A stretch of 63,821 bases of DNA, the filler included, from Chiloscyllium plagiosum (taxonomy: Eukaryota), in assembly GCF_004010195.1 (NCBI RefSeq). It is 5 parts of one record of this genome, joined end to end, with 100 filler letters (N's around TTAATTAATTAA, not from the genome) between each part and the next. Parts side by side here need not be neighbours in the genome. Positions count along the whole stretch, not along the records: positions 1 to 30,250 come from NC_057714.1; 4 more parts are not named here. One strand, written 5' to 3'. The first letter of the stretch is position 1. Each line of letters starts with the position of its first letter. The notes beneath the pieces were generated by a model. That model was given only the letters and a program-made list of their open reading frames with translations, ran no database searches and had not been told where the DNA came from. A program made the translations under genes and the position numbers. Shown here piece by piece: positions 1-13,298 of the stretch.

Positions 1-553
1 TCCAGGGAACAGGAGAATCGACGTTTCGGGCATAAGCCCTTCTTCAGGAATGAGGAAGGTTTGTCCAGCAGGCTAAGATAAAAGATAGGGAGGAGGGACT
101 TGGGGGAGGGGCGTCGGAAATGTGATAGGTGGAAAGAGGTCAAGGTGAGGGTGATAGGTCAGACTGGGGTGGGGGCGGAGAGGTCAGGAAGATGATTGCA
201 GGTTAGGAAGGCGGTGCTGAGTTCGATGGATTTGACTGAGACAAGGTATTTCCCCTCCCCCCACCTTGTCTCAGTCAAATCCATCGAATTCAGCACCGCC
301 TTCCTAACCTGCAATCTTCTTCCTGACCTCTCCGCCCCCACCCCAGTCTGACCTATCACCCTCACCTTGACCTCTTTCCACCTATCACATTTCCTACGCC
401 CCTCCCCCAAGTTCCTCCTCCCTACCTTTTATCTTAGCCTGCTGGACAAACTTTCCTCATTCCTGAAGAAGGGCTTATGCCCGAAATGTCGATTCTCCTG
501 TTCCTTGGATGCTGCCTGACCTGCTGCGCTTTTCCAGCAACACATTTTCAGCT
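1..553. mobile_element. Penelope-like element terminal repeat (pLTR) as a long inverted repeat (arms 1-247 and 263-509) with hammerhead motifs
   Basis: 263-509 is the near-perfect reverse complement of 1-247. The same family recurs at 47125-47445, and its 3' end (GATGCTGCCTGACCTGCTG...TTCCAGC) resembles the terminus of the PLE at 7430-9945. The left arm runs off the window. Confidence 0.8.
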
Positions 554-1399
554 TGCGGATTTTGGAAAAACGATTGTCTACTTGTACTGTTTAAAGAATG
601 AGTTAAATGCAATAGGTAATGCATGCTACAACATTAGTCCTTTGTATTCTCAAATACTTGTAGGGTAACACAACGTCTACAATATTTGCAAAGGTAGTAA
701 TATGTCAGGATTCACCATGTCCAAGCAACTTTGGTGGTAGTGGTGGTGATTCATCCAGTGTAAAGCCAATTTTTAAAAAAAAGGTTACCAGGTTTTTGGT
801 GGACTTTAGAGAAATGTTTCAAAACTGATTTTTAAACAAATCAGTACTGGCAAAGAAGTTAACTATTCTGTCAGTTTTTCATTAACATTGAGAGCAATGA
901 ACAGAGTACTGTGTGTTTACACAATAAACAAAGCCCTACATTTTCTGGCCAGATGGGAGGCAGAACTAGCAATATGTCGCAAGGTGGTTGGATACACATT
1001 AATTTCCAAAAGGTATATTTCTCAAAAATGAAACTGTTGTATCACAGCAACAGTGGTGATGATCACTCAGCAATTTCTGTTTTAATACTGATGCTCACAA
1101 AAATATTGGACGCACTGCTCTAGGCCAGGGTTTCTCAACCTTCTTTGAGACCACTCTCAATGTGATAGCAAAAAACAGACCTTCTGTAAAACTGTCCACC
1201 TCTAAACGAAAATTAGTTGAACACTAGTTTAAAAATTACACAATGGACCATATTATTCTATGAATGGTAATCCATCGCGATGGTGCTGCTTGAGTCAAAA
1301 TAATATCATCCATCTAGCGGTTCAACAGAGGAAAGAATCCCTCAGTAATCCATATAACAGTATCATGAATCCATTTATAAAGACCCAATATTCAACTAA

Positions 1400-1830
1400 G
1401 AAATCTCTGAAATACCAAAATGGAGAATGAGACGCTATTTCTCCAGTTTGCAGTGGGCTTCACCAGAACAGAGTAACAGACCGAGGAAAGAAATGTGAGC
1501 ATAAAAGCAAGATGGTGTATTAAAATGATAAGTGACGGAAGGTCAACGTCATGCTTCTGAGAGGTGTTCTGCAAATTGATCACTTGCAGTTGGGCACCAT
1601 AATATAGAGGAGACTGCATTGTGAGCATTAAAACAGTAAACCGGATTGAAAATAATACATGTAAAATGGCTGCTTTGCCTGAAGGGATGCCCTGAGCCTT
1701 TAACAGTGAAGAGACAAAAGGGCAAGGATTCCCACCCTGCAACTGCATGGGAAAGGTCTGTGGGTGAGGCTCGGGTCTACAGTGGAGCAGGAGGGAACAA
1801 GCTGCTTGGAAAGCTGATGGGCAGGGAAAA
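1400..1830 (-). mobile_element. Degenerate Penelope-like fragment (GIY-YIG endonuclease region)
   Basis: The reverse complement aligns by eye to 9290-9560 (tttacatgt...tgctcacaatgcagtctcctctata...tttgcagaacacctc). Confidence 0.55.
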
Positions 1831-1854
1831 TGTGTTTGGTGATAACAGGATGAT

Positions 1855-2582
1855 TAGAGTCATAGAGATATACAGTACAGAAACAGACCCTTTGGTCCAA
1901 CTTGTCCATGCCGACCAGATATCCTAACCTAATCTCTTTCTATTTGCCAGCACTTGGCCCATATCCATCCAAACCCTTCCTATCACATACCTATCCAGAT
2001 TCCTCTTAAATGCAGTAATTGTACCAGCTTTCACCACATCCTCTGGCAGCTCATTCCATACACGCACCATCCTCTGTGTGAAAAAGTTGCCCCTTAGGTC
2101 CCTTTTAAAATCTTTCCCCTCTCACCCTCAACTTATGCCCTTCAGTTCTGGACTCCCACAACTCAGGGAAAAGACCTTGTCTATTTATTCTATCCATGCC
2201 CCTCATGATTTTATAAACCTCTATAACATGACCCCTCAGCCTCTGACACTGCAGGGAAAACAGCCCTAGTCTGTTCAGCCTCTCCCTATGGCTCGAATCT
2301 TCCAACTCTGGCAACATGCTTGTAAATCCTTTCTGAACCCTTCCAAGTTTCAAAACATCCTATAAAAGGAAGACCAGAATTGCACACAATATTCCAAAAG
2401 TGGCCTAACCAATGTCCTACACAGCCGCAACATGACCTACCAACTCCTGTACTCAATACTCTGACCAATAAAGGAAAGCATACTAAACACCACCTAAACA
2501 CTATCCTGTATACCTGAGCCTCCACTTTCAAGGAACTATGAATGTGCACTCCAAGGTGTCTTTGTTCAGCAACACTCCCAGA
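1855..2582 (-). mobile_element. HER1-type CR1 LINE, 5'-truncated 3' end
   Basis: Frameshifted CR1 ORF2 C-terminus (RLNRLGLFSL..RLRG..IEVYKIMRGMDR) with an actctatg-type tail. Confidence 0.9.
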
Positions 2583-3839
2583 TTCTTTGAACACAGGTGC
2601 TCATTTGGTAGAAAGGGAGGACAAGAGGAACTCTTTTGCAATTCCAGGAGGAAGAGGGGATACCCCAAGTGCAGGAAATGTGAGAGACTCACATGGTAAA
2701 TTCTGTCCAAAAATTTGGGGGGGGAGTTCTTAGTTAGGGAAAAAGACAGTTCAGAAGCACTATATGGACATGTTATGAAGTTTGTCAAGATTCTGAAAGG
2801 TATATTATGAAAACAAAGCAAGCAAGCAACTAATGAAAATCGAATAATAGTGATAAGAAAACATTGCAATTATTGTAAAAATATCATCTAATTCACCAAC
2901 CTTCTTTAGGAAAGGAAATCTGTCGTTCTTACCTCTTCTTACTTATATGGGTCCCCTGATCTATAGCAACATGGTTGACTCTTAATTGCCCTTTGAGTGG
3001 CTTCTGAGCCACTTCACTTGTAACAAACTGCTACAAAATCAAAGTGAAATGAAACTGGAGACAGCACCCTGTAGGCTTTTATTCCAACTTCCGCTGGTCC
3101 ATCAGGCTTTCTTTGGACATCAATGACAAAGGTAGTCCTAACAAAGGAATATACCCAATGTTCTTTATAAAAGCAAAGCACATGACAAAGTACTTCAAAA
3201 ATCTTAACCATACAATGCTTATAATCACAAGAGACCTGTTTTACATGGACTTGTCCAAGACTCGGACTGAAACAGATGAGCACAATCCATCTCAACCTCC
3301 AGTCACTGATCAGATGCTCTCATCCTCAGCTAGCTATCAATGACACAAGATTTCTTACCCTTGTTCTCCATACAAGCAAGTCTATGTATTCTAACTCTGT
3401 AGACAGTCTCCAGCAATTTGATCAGTTCAACCATGAACAAATATTACTAATGGACCATGCTTTCCATGACATGTTTGATCAATTATTTATTAGGGCTTGC
3501 TTGTTTTGCCTGAAAAGAGGCTTATCTCTTGATTTTAATCAACTTAGACGTGGCATGGACAGGCTGTTGTCATATATATGTCATCCAAACAACTATATGA
3601 TATTTACACGGGACAATTTTCTGATCAAGTACTCTGCTAAGCTGATAAATAGTCACATTACAAATCTGATATCCTGATCTGTTTTACACCAAGATTCCTG
3701 CCTTTCAAATATTTAGTCCATTACTGTTGAGTTACAGCATTTAATCAAAATACACATTCTTCCAAACATAGAAACACATTAAAAACAGTGACCTTTCTAA
3801 CCATTAGGTCATCATCTAACATTAACTTTTCAGTACAAA

Positions 3840-5240
3840 CTGGAGGACAGTAAATGTTGTTCCTTTGTTTAAGAAGGGGAGTCAGGACAACCCTGGTAAT
3901 TATCGGCCAGTGAACCTTACTTCGATTATGGGCAAGATGTTGCAAAAGATTATCAGAGATAGGGTTTGTAATAATCTGGCAAGGAATAATTTGGTTAAGG
4001 TAGGTTTTGTGAAGAGTAGGTCGTGCCTCATTAACTTTATTGAGTTCTTCGAAAAGGTGACAAAACAGGTGGATGAAGTAGGGCGTTGATGTAGTGCATA
4101 TGGATTTTAGTAAGGCGTTTGATAAGGTTCCAGATGGTAGGCTATTGCACAAAATACGGAGTTCTGGGATTGAGGGTGATTTAGTGTTTGGATCAGAAAT
4201 TGGTTAGCTGAAAGAAGACAGAGAGTGGTAATTGATGGGAAACGTTCATCCTGGTGCTCAGTTACCAGTGGGTTGCTGCAAGGATCTGCTGTTGGTCATT
4301 TTTATAAATGATCTGGAGGTGGCCGTAGAAGGATGGGTTAGTGAATTTGCAGATGACACTACGGAAGGCAGAGTTGTGGACAATACTGAAGGATGTTGTG
4401 GGTTACAGAGGGACATAGATAAGATGCAGAGCTGGGCTGAGAAGTGTCAATGGAATTTAATGTGGAAAAGTGTGAGATAGGTCACTTCAGAAGAAGAAGT
4501 AACAGGAATGCAGAGTACTGGGCTAATGGTAAAATTCTTGGCAGTGTAGATGAACAGAGAGATCTCGGTGTCCGTGTGCATAAATCCCTGAAAGTTGCCA
4601 CCCAGGTTGATTAGGTTGTTAAGAAGGCATATGATATGTTGGCGTTTATTGGTTGGGGGATTGAGTTTCAGAGCCACAAGGTCATGCTTCAGCTGTACAA
4701 GAACACTAGTAAGGCCGCACCTGGAGTATTGCATACAGTTCTGGTCACCGCATTATAGGAAGGATGTGGAAGCTTTGGAAAGAGTTCAGAGGAGATTTAC
4801 TAAGATGTTGCCTGGTATGGAAGGAAGGTCTTACAAGGAAAGGATGAGGGAGGTGATGCTGTTTTCATTGGAAAATAGGTTGAGAGGTGACTTAATCAAG
4901 ACATATAAGGTAATCAGAGTGTTAGATAGGGTGGACATGAGAGCATTTTTCCACAGATGGTGAAGGCTAACAAGAGGGGACATAGCTTTAAATATGGTGA
5001 TAGATTTAGGACATACCAGGGGTAGTTTCTTTACTCAGAAAGTACTAGTTGGTGTGGAATTCCATGCTTGCAACAGTAGTAGACTTGCCGATGTTAAGGG
5101 CATTTAAATGGGCATTGGACATACATATGGATTATAATGGAACGGTGCAGGTTAGATGAGCATCAGATTAATTTCACAGGTCAGTGCAACATCAAGGGCC
5201 GAAGGGCCTGTACTGCGCTGTAACGTTCCATGTTCTCTCT
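3840..5240 (+). mobile_element. Degenerate CR1 LINE (RT domain to 3' end), related to 59320-61030
   Basis: ORF pieces PGNYRPVNLTS, SCLINFIEFFEKVTK, WVSEFADDT and RPHLEYCIQFWSP, with multiple frameshifts. Confidence 0.9.
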
Positions 5241-5494
5241 CTGATCCATCATCATCCTAGGAAACAATGATGGCAAAATCCTTCTTACTAATTTTTCAGG
5301 GCTTGTGCCACGATTGGAATAGCTGTCCTTATAGACTAATCAAATAACAAATAAAAGCAAGGTAGAGTGGATGCTGGAGATCTGAAAATAACAAAGTGCT
5401 GGAGAAACTTAGCAGATCTGACAGCATCTGTGGAGAGAGAAAGTGAAAGAGAGACAGAGAAAATGGTTTGAGTGCTGTATGACTCTTCAAAACA

Positions 5495-5910
5495 AGGGAG
5501 CAACAGCCTGATGCAGTCAAACTCTCAGTCATACATTTCAGATAATCCTAAGACATTACCACACTCCCTATCAATATCCTATATGCCCCATCCTATATGC
5601 CCCATCCCATAAAAAAGTCAGAGCTACCAGAGATGGTGTCAGTGATGCAAAATCAGGAAGGAGTTATCCTGGGAGTCTGCAACATTGACTTTGAATCTCA
5701 TGGACTCTTGTGTCATCAGGTCAAACATGAGCAAGCAAACGTCTTTCTGATTACAAGCTACAAATCCATGCACCAACCCACCCCAGCTGATGAATCCACA
5801 ATAACCACCTCCTGGAAGAAACAGAAAGTGTCAAGGACACAATGTACTCGTGGTTGGGAGCTGGAACTTCAATGTCTATCACTAGGAGTGGCTCAGCAGC
5901 AACATCTTTA
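5495..5910 (+). mobile_element. Degenerate APE endonuclease fragment of the second CR1/L2-group LINE family
   Basis: Peptide remnant EGVILGVCNIDFESHGLLCHQVKHEQANVFLITSY resembles a LINE EN domain. A pLTR-like fragment precedes it at ~5355-5490. Confidence 0.5.
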
Positions 5911-7429
5911 ACAGAGGTAGCTGAGACTTGAAGGACATAACTGCTCGACTGTGTCTGCAATTTGCAGAAAGGAAATCAACAAAAAAAGTCTATGTGATAT
6001 GTGGCACCTACATAAATCAATTACAGTATTTGGCAGTGACCACAAGAAACCCTGTGGACCACATCCCATTTTCAAGTTGAAGATACCCTGCAACTTGTGT
6101 GGGATTTTCACAGTGCTAACTGGTTTAGATTTTAAACAGGTCTTGCAACACAAAAGTAGGCACCCATAATGTGTTGTGGGCTATCAGTAGAACTGCATTC
6201 AGCTACAAACTGTAATCTTATGTCCTGACATATCCCAGACAGTGACACTCACATCCTGTCTAAGAATAAGAAAAAAAACATACCTCGAATCTGAAAATTT
6301 GCTGAAATGTCAAACCAGGTGAATAAAACATTGAATGTCAAGATTTGAAAGATAAACAGGATGATGTAAAATTTCCATTTACCATTTGAGGTCGTGGTTT
6401 GCAGACTTAAAACACAAAATGCTGTTTAATATTTACAGCCTTCCATCTATTTAACAAGACTTGCGATGCCATTATTCCAGCTGTATTGTATTTTTACATT
6501 GATCACGCTCTGGAGATGTTACCAAACAGATTACACTCTAATGTCTGTCCTCACATAATCAATAATCAGACGTTACAATCCTATTTAAAGGCAGGAAGCC
6601 CACTTCTGCATTGCACAGGCTGTCTGGCAAAGCATTTCAAGGTCATTAGCCTGATGCGTAGAATTAAAATGAATTGGAATACAAAAATACACACAAAAAA
6701 TCATGGCATCTGTCAGTGTAAGATATTCATCAATTTTCTTTCTATTGCTCTGATACATTGAGGTTTTAACCATTTCATTCAATAAACCTATTATAAAAGC
6801 AGCATTCAATGCTCCTCAAAGTCTGTCAGGATGCTGAAAGACAAAAGTGCGGCTGAACAAGCTACATTTTGTCTTTTATCCACCTAGACAGCAGGACGGC
6901 TTTGGGCAAATTGACTCTTTGACCCTGCTATGCACATATAGTAAAATTTTAAACATTTGTCTTTCACAGTGGTTTATCAATCCTACAAATCCCACATTTG
7001 TCCACAGAAAATTCATTATTGCTAAGGAACTGGGTCATTGATAGTAACACAGATAGTGAACATCAAAATTAAAGAAATCAATGTAATATATTTTTAGAAA
7101 CAATCTGTAGATTTGTTGGATTGCATGTAACTTAATCTCAGACCCTTAATGGACCCAAGATACCTCATTAAGAATCCAAACTCCAAACTGACACCTATTT
7201 GAATGAGAAATGTTCTTTAAATTCTTTTTAAATATTGCATCACTAAACAAGTTGGAACATTTGGTCACAGAATGTCAATGAAAACATTTCAAAGAACTAT
7301 TTGCTTCTCTTTTGTTTGACACAAACAAAAGAGTTTTATAGAGTAAATATTGGAAGGTATCACCTTAAACATAAATAATAATGCAGTGCCATCCCTGTTG
7401 GAACATGCAAATATTTAAATACAGGAAAA

Positions 7430-9945
7430 GGCTGTCGAGCTGGGGACTTCACCAACCCTCTCAACCTTCTGCATTCCGAAACTGAACGTTCTGTACTCAG
7501 CAAAGATCTTAATTATTCCTCTGCATTCCCACGTTAATAAATTTTGGGCACGACATGCCATCGAACTCTTCTTCTGTTGTCTTCATCTCCCTTCCCATTT
7601 CTATGGACAAGAGTCCTCTCCCTATCCCACAGACCCCTTCACTCAGCTCCAACACTCTCCCTCCACCTGAACCCCTCCCTCTGCCTTTTCCCTGCACTCG
7701 ACCTGACCATTGAGACCTGTTGATATGATATTGGTTACCTCAATTCCTCTGCCCCCTCACCCAATCCAATCTATCACCCCCTGAACTGACTGCACTCTGC
7801 GTGCTCACATCCAACGCTGACATTGTTATTAAACCTGCCAATCAAGGTGGTGATGTTGTAGTCTGGGGTACTGACCTCCACATTGCAGAGGCTGAGCACC
7901 AGCTCTCAGAAACATTTTCCAAACTCCCCCTAGACCAAGACCCTACCATGGAACATTAGGCCATTGTATCAACTATGGTCACTAACCTCTTTTCATCTGG
8001 CGATCTCCCCTCCCCCAGCGCCTCCAAGCTGATAGCATCCCAACCCCACACAGCTCGCCTCAACCTCCTTCCAAAAATCCACAAACAGGACTGCCCAGGC
8101 AGACCCAATGTTCCTGCATGCTCCTGTCCCACAGAATAATCTCTTCTTACCTTGACTTGGTCTTTATTCCCCTGGTCCACTCCCTGCCCACTTACATCCG
8201 CGATTCCTCTGACACTTTACGCCAGTTTCGGAATTTCCAGTTTGCAGGCTCCAGCTGCCTTCTCTTCACCATGGACGTGCACTTGCTTTACACATCCATC
8301 GCCCACTAGGGACTGTCTCAGGGCTCTCTGCTTCTTCCCGGAACAAAGGCCTAAACAAACCCTACCCAGCACTATCCTCCTCTGCCTGGCTGAACCTGTC
8401 CTCACCCGAAACGACTTCTCTTTTAACTCCTCTCATTTTCTTCTGGTCACAGGAGTGGCCATGAGTCCTAGTTATACCTGTCTCTTTGTGGGGTATGTGG
8501 AACATTCCTTTTTCCAGGTCTATTCTGGCTCCCACCCACAACTCTTTCTCCAAATACTGATGATAGCATTGGTGCTGCTTCCCTCTCTTGTTCAGAACTG
8601 GAAAGTTGTATTGATTTCTCTTTCAATTTCCACCCTGCCCTCACTTTCACCTAGTTCATCTCAGACCTCTCCCTTCCCTTCCTCGTCATTTGTTTCTATT
8701 TCTAGGGACAGATTGGCCACAAATATCCACTATAAACCCACCAACTCGTACAGTTACCTGGACTATACATTCTCGCACTCAGTTGCCTGTAAAGACTCTA
8801 TTCCATTCTTCCAGTTCCACTGTCTCCATCGCATTTGTTCCGACGATGCCAATGTCAACAAGGAAGCCTCGGAATTGTCCACCTTCTTCCTCAACCAAGG
8901 GTTCCCCAGCACCATTGTTGACAGGGCCCTCAACTGGGTCTGACCCATCTCCCACACTTCAGCCCTCACCCACTGTCTTCCCTCCCACAACAATTTAGGG
9001 ATCCCCTTGTCCTTAGCTACCACCCCACCAGGATCCACCAGAAAATCATTAGCTGCCATTTCCACCCCTCCAGCAAGATGCCACCACCAGCTACATATTC
9101 CCCTCCCCTCCTCTGTCTGCATTCAGCAGGGACTGTTCCCTCCGGGACACTCTGGTCCACTCTTCCTTCACTCCCAACACCTCCCTACAGCTCTATGGCA
9201 CCTTCCCTTGTAATCACTGAAGGTGTAACATCTGCCCATTTACCTCTTCCCTCCTCAGTATCCAAGGGCCCAAACATACCTTCCAGGTGAAGCAGTGCTT
9301 TACTTGCACTTCACGCAATCTCGTCTAAAGCATTCACTGCTCACAATGTGGTCTCCTCTCTACACTGGGGAAACAAAACAGACTGGTGACCTCTTCACAG
9401 AATATTTGCATTCTGCTTGCAAAAAATGACCCTGAACTTTCAGTTGTCTGTCACACCACCCTGTTCCCTACTAACATCTGTCTCGGGCTTGCTGCAGTGT
9501 TCCAGTGAAGCTCAGCCTAACCTGGAAGAACATAATCTCATTTTCCACTTGGGGACCCTGCAGCCTTCAGGACTCCATATTGAGTTCAATAACTTTAGGG
9601 CTTGAACTCTCCTATGTCCTAATCCCCACCCCTGCACATGGTTTGCTATTACACACAACCCATTGTTAGCCATTAACAGTCCCCATCAACAGCTATTCAC
9701 CCTCCTAACCAGACTGTTATCCACTCCTTTGTCTGTCCAACTGCTCTTCTCTCTTTTTTGCCTCCATCCCCAACCATCATTTACTCCTTACCCCCTCCCC
9801 CACCCTATCTTCTGCATAAAAACTGACACTTTCCTAGCTACCATCAGTTCTGAGGCAGGGTCACTGGACCCAAAATGCTACCTCTGATTTCTCTTCACAG
9901 ATGCTGCCAGACCTGCTGAGCTATTCCAGCAACTTCTATTTTTGT
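7430..9945 (+). mobile_element. Penelope-like retroelement (RT plus GIY-YIG endonuclease), degenerate, with 3' pLTR
   Basis: Motifs IKPA..GG..VVW, PKIHKQDCPGRP, LFTMDV.LLYTSI, GVAM and ATNIHYKPT..SYLDY..SH...CKDSIPF.QF, a Cys-containing GIY-YIG region near 9290-9410, and a decayed hammerhead at ~9850-9880. Many frameshifts. Confidence 0.88.
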
Positions 9946-10212
9946 AGCTCAGGACGTCATTCTCCTGTGAACAAAAAGACAAGGACAGGCTTAGTAGTAG
10001 TTTCAGATTGACATAAGATATAGAGCTACTAGGCAATCGCATAAGAGACTGATCCAGAAGGTCAGACCCGAGTGGGGTTAAGGTAGAACATTGGCTTGGA
10101 TAGAAAGCACAGGGTCAGGATGAATGGTTCCTTCTCTGGATGATGAACTGTAAAGTAGCGGAGTGCCACAAGGTTCCGTTCTCAGATCTCAGCTATTCGC
10201 AATCTATATTAG

Positions 10213-10523
10213 TGGGCGGCACGGTCGCACAGTGGCTAGCACTGCTGCCTCACAGCGCCGGAGACCCGGGTTCAATTCCCGCCTCAGGCAACTGACTGTG
10301 TGGAATTTGCACGTTCTCCCCGTGTCTGCATGGGTTTCCTCCGGGTGCTCCGGTTTCCTCCCACAGTCCAAAGATGTGCAGGTCAGGTGAATTGGCCATG
10401 CTAAATTGCCCGTAGTGTTAGGTAAGGGTTAAATGTAGAGGTATGGATGGGTTGCGCTTCGGCGGGTCGGTGTGTATTTGTTGGGCCGAAGGCCCTGTTT
10501 CCACACTGTAATGTAATCTAATC
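10213..10523 (+). mobile_element. HE1-type tRNA-derived V-SINE, full length
   Basis: A-box-like head, B box GGTTCAATTCC, V-core GGGTTTCCTCCGGGTGCTCCGGTTTCCTCCCACAGTCCAAAGA, and a HER1-like tail TTGGGCCGAAGG with TCTAA repeats. Confidence 0.92.
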
Positions 10524-10790
10524 ATTGATGTGTAAGCAGGGACAGAGCGTAATAAGGCAAAATTCACAGATGATAGTAAAATAGGTGGGAAAGCAGACTG
10601 TGATGAGGTGATAAGGAGTTTACGGATGGATATTGATAGTCTCGGAGAATGAGCCCGCATCTGGCAGATGTAGTTTCATGTGGATAAGGGCAAGATAGTC
10701 CATTTTGGCTGGAAAAATAAAAGGCCAAATTATTATTTAAATGGAAGCAGATTCAAAGTGCTTCAGTGCAGAGGGATCTGGGCATCTTTT

Positions 10791-11044
10791 TTAGATTAGA
10801 TTAGATTACAGTGTGGAAATAGGCCCTTCGGCCCAACAAGTCCACACCGACCCGCAGAAGTGAAACCCACCCATACCCCTACATTTACCCCTTACCTAAC
10901 ACTACGGGCAATTTAGTATGGCCAATTCACCTGACCCTGCACATCTTTGGGCTGTGGGAGGAAACCGGAGCACCCGGAGGAAACTCACACAGACACGGGG
11001 AGAACGTGCAAACTCCACACAGTCAGTTGCCTGAGGCGGGAATT
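10791..11044 (-). mobile_element. HE1-type SINE, 5'-truncated
   Basis: (TTAGA)n tail and V-core on the minus strand; the copy stops within the B box. Confidence 0.9.
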
Positions 11045-11916
11045 ATGCATGAATCGCAGAAAGTGGGTATGTAGGTGCAGCATACAATAAGAAAGGCAAA
11101 AGGATTGCATTATAAAAGTCAAGACGTATTTTTATAATTTTATAAGGCACTGGTGAGAGCACACCTGTAGTATTGTATTCAGATTTGGTCTCCTTACTTA
11201 AGCAAGGATCTGGTGGAACTGGAGACAATTCAGAGGTGGTTCACCAAGTTGATTCCAAAGATAAAAGGGCAGTGTACCAGGAGCGGTTGAATAGCTTGGG
11301 CTTGTACTCACCGAAGTTCAGAAGAATGAGGCGGGATCTGATTGAGGTATATGAAATGCTGAAGGGGATTGATAAGATGGACATTGAACAGTTGTTCCTC
11401 CTTTCGGGACAGTCTGAAACAGGAGATCATAGATTTAAAGTGAGATGAGGTAAATTCAGGTTGTGAATCTGTGGAACTCACTGCCCCAAAGTGCAATGGA
11501 GGCAGAATCAATCAACAGATTCAAGAAAGAAATAGATAAGCCACAGTGCCAAATAAAAGACTAATCCAGAAGGTTAGATCCCAGAGGGTTAAGGGTAAAG
11601 CATTAGCTTGGATAGAGGACTGGCAAGACTGACTGAATGCAGAGGGTCGGGATAAATGGGTCTTTCTGTGGATGGTGAACTGGGCTATGGGGAGCAGGCA
11701 GGAAAATAGAGTTGAGACCAGGATAAGATCAGTCATGATCATGTTAAATGACAGAACAGGCTTGACGGGCTGAATTGCCTACTTCTGCTTCTAATTCTAT
11801 GTTCCTATCTGGAGCATTATGCTGGAGCAACCAAGAACAGGAAACACAATTCAAAACAACTAAAACACTTGAAAGTCATTGTTTGAAGTTACACAGTGGA
11901 TTACTAATACAAAATG

Positions 11917-12321
11917 AGGATGGCACAGTGGTTAGCACTGCAGTCTTACAGTACCAGGGATCTGGGTTCGATCTCAGCCTTGGGCGACTGTCTGTGTGAA
12001 GTTTACATGTTCCCTGTGTCTCTGTGGGTTCCCTCCCACAATCCAAAGGAGTGCAGGTCAGGTGGATTGGCTATGCTAAATTGCTTCGTCATTCCTGATT
12101 TTTTTTTTGCTGCCTGACCTGCTGTGCTTTTCCAGCAACACGCCCTCAACTCTGATCTCCAGCATCTGCAGACCTCACTGTCCCCTATACTAAATTGCCC
12201 TATAGTGTCAGGTGCATTAGTCAGAAGCAAATGGGTCTGGGTGGGTTACTCTTACAAGGATCGGTATGGACTCGTAGGGCCCAACGGCCTGTTTCCACAC
12301 TGTAGGTAATCTAATCTAATC
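11917..12321 (+). mobile_element. Older HE1-type SINE with a PLE-terminal fragment inserted at 12085-12184
   Basis: SINE head, core and tail are present. The insert is flanked by ctatgctaaattgc (12071-12084) and ctatactaaattgc (12185-12198). Confidence 0.85.
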
Positions 12322-13121
12322 AAAAAAAGTTTGTATCAATTTCTATTGACATAGGGTGGAATCCTTATCATTGATTCAGAATCAAGCTTTGACAACGGCA
12401 CAAGTGTTTTCTTGCCAGAAAATATCATTCAATACCTCTCTTAATAGTTCTAGATAAGTAATTTGAGCAATTATACAAGATCGGATTAGTGCTGGATGCT
12501 GCATTTGGCATCAAAATGTTTGATTTAGGCAAGAGGAAGCTAATGAAGTAATGAAATATTATTCAATAATGCTGTAAGAGTCTGCACGTGCATACATATC
12601 TCCATAGTATACATTCACATGTGCATCTCATGTTGTTTGGGAGCATGCTTCCTCATGTAAGTGCTGTGTACTTGCTGACTGTGTGAATCAGCCTGCTGAG
12701 GTCAGTATAACTGAAAGGGTTTGGAGTGGGTGGGAGACTAGCTTACAGGGAAAGGTCTAATGTGTCCGGAGGCTTTTCCAGTATGATATGCAGCTTCAAT
12801 ATTTGCACTGATTTGGCATTTTGTTGGTATGTATTGTCTTCATAGGTAATTGATTTTGCCACAAGAAGAGTAGAAAGCCATTTTGCTCTCACAGGAACAG
12901 TGCAATTACACATGGGTTCAAATCTGAAGAGATCAATTGACCAGTCATGACTTTAATTATTGCCAAGTCCAAGAAGAGTTGAGAGTAGAACAAATTCATT
13001 TGCTGTCAGATCCAGCTGGACCACACAAAGCTGCTCTAAATCTTCTGAAACTGCTCTTCACAAGAATAACTCCTGGCTCTGCTGACTTACTGCAGACCAA
13101 ACTGAGGCCAAGCAACGTCTA

Positions 13122-13298
13122 CAGAGGAACTTCGATTATCCAGCATTCAATTATCCAAATATCAAATTATCCAGCAAGATCGCAAGGTCCCAATACTTAG
13201 CTAAACTATGTTGACTGGCATTTGATTATCTGGAATTTGATTAACCAAACCAAATACTCCCCCCCCCCCATGTCCTTTGGATAATCGAGGTTAGTCTG
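13122..13298. mobile_element. MITE of Tc1/mariner-pogo type
   Basis: TA on both sides, imperfect TIRs CAGAGGAACTTCGATTATCC / GGATAATCGAGGTTAGTCTG, internal ATTATCC repeats, and a second copy at ~16344-16513. Confidence 0.75.

Larger units (their letters stand above)
10050..11810 (+). mobile_element. Old CR1 LINE fragment interrupted by two SINEs
   Basis: VPQGSVL at 10163, a KFTDD-like motif near 10560, and YQERLNSLGLYS...RRMRRDLIEVY at 11270-11360. Confidence 0.75.

Noticed and set aside
8152..8943. 263-aa ORF as a host gene
   Set aside because: It is a mosaic of frames from a decayed Penelope-like RT.
10213..10285. tRNA-like A/B boxes as tRNA genes
   Set aside because: These are SINE heads that continue into the V-core and LINE-derived tail.
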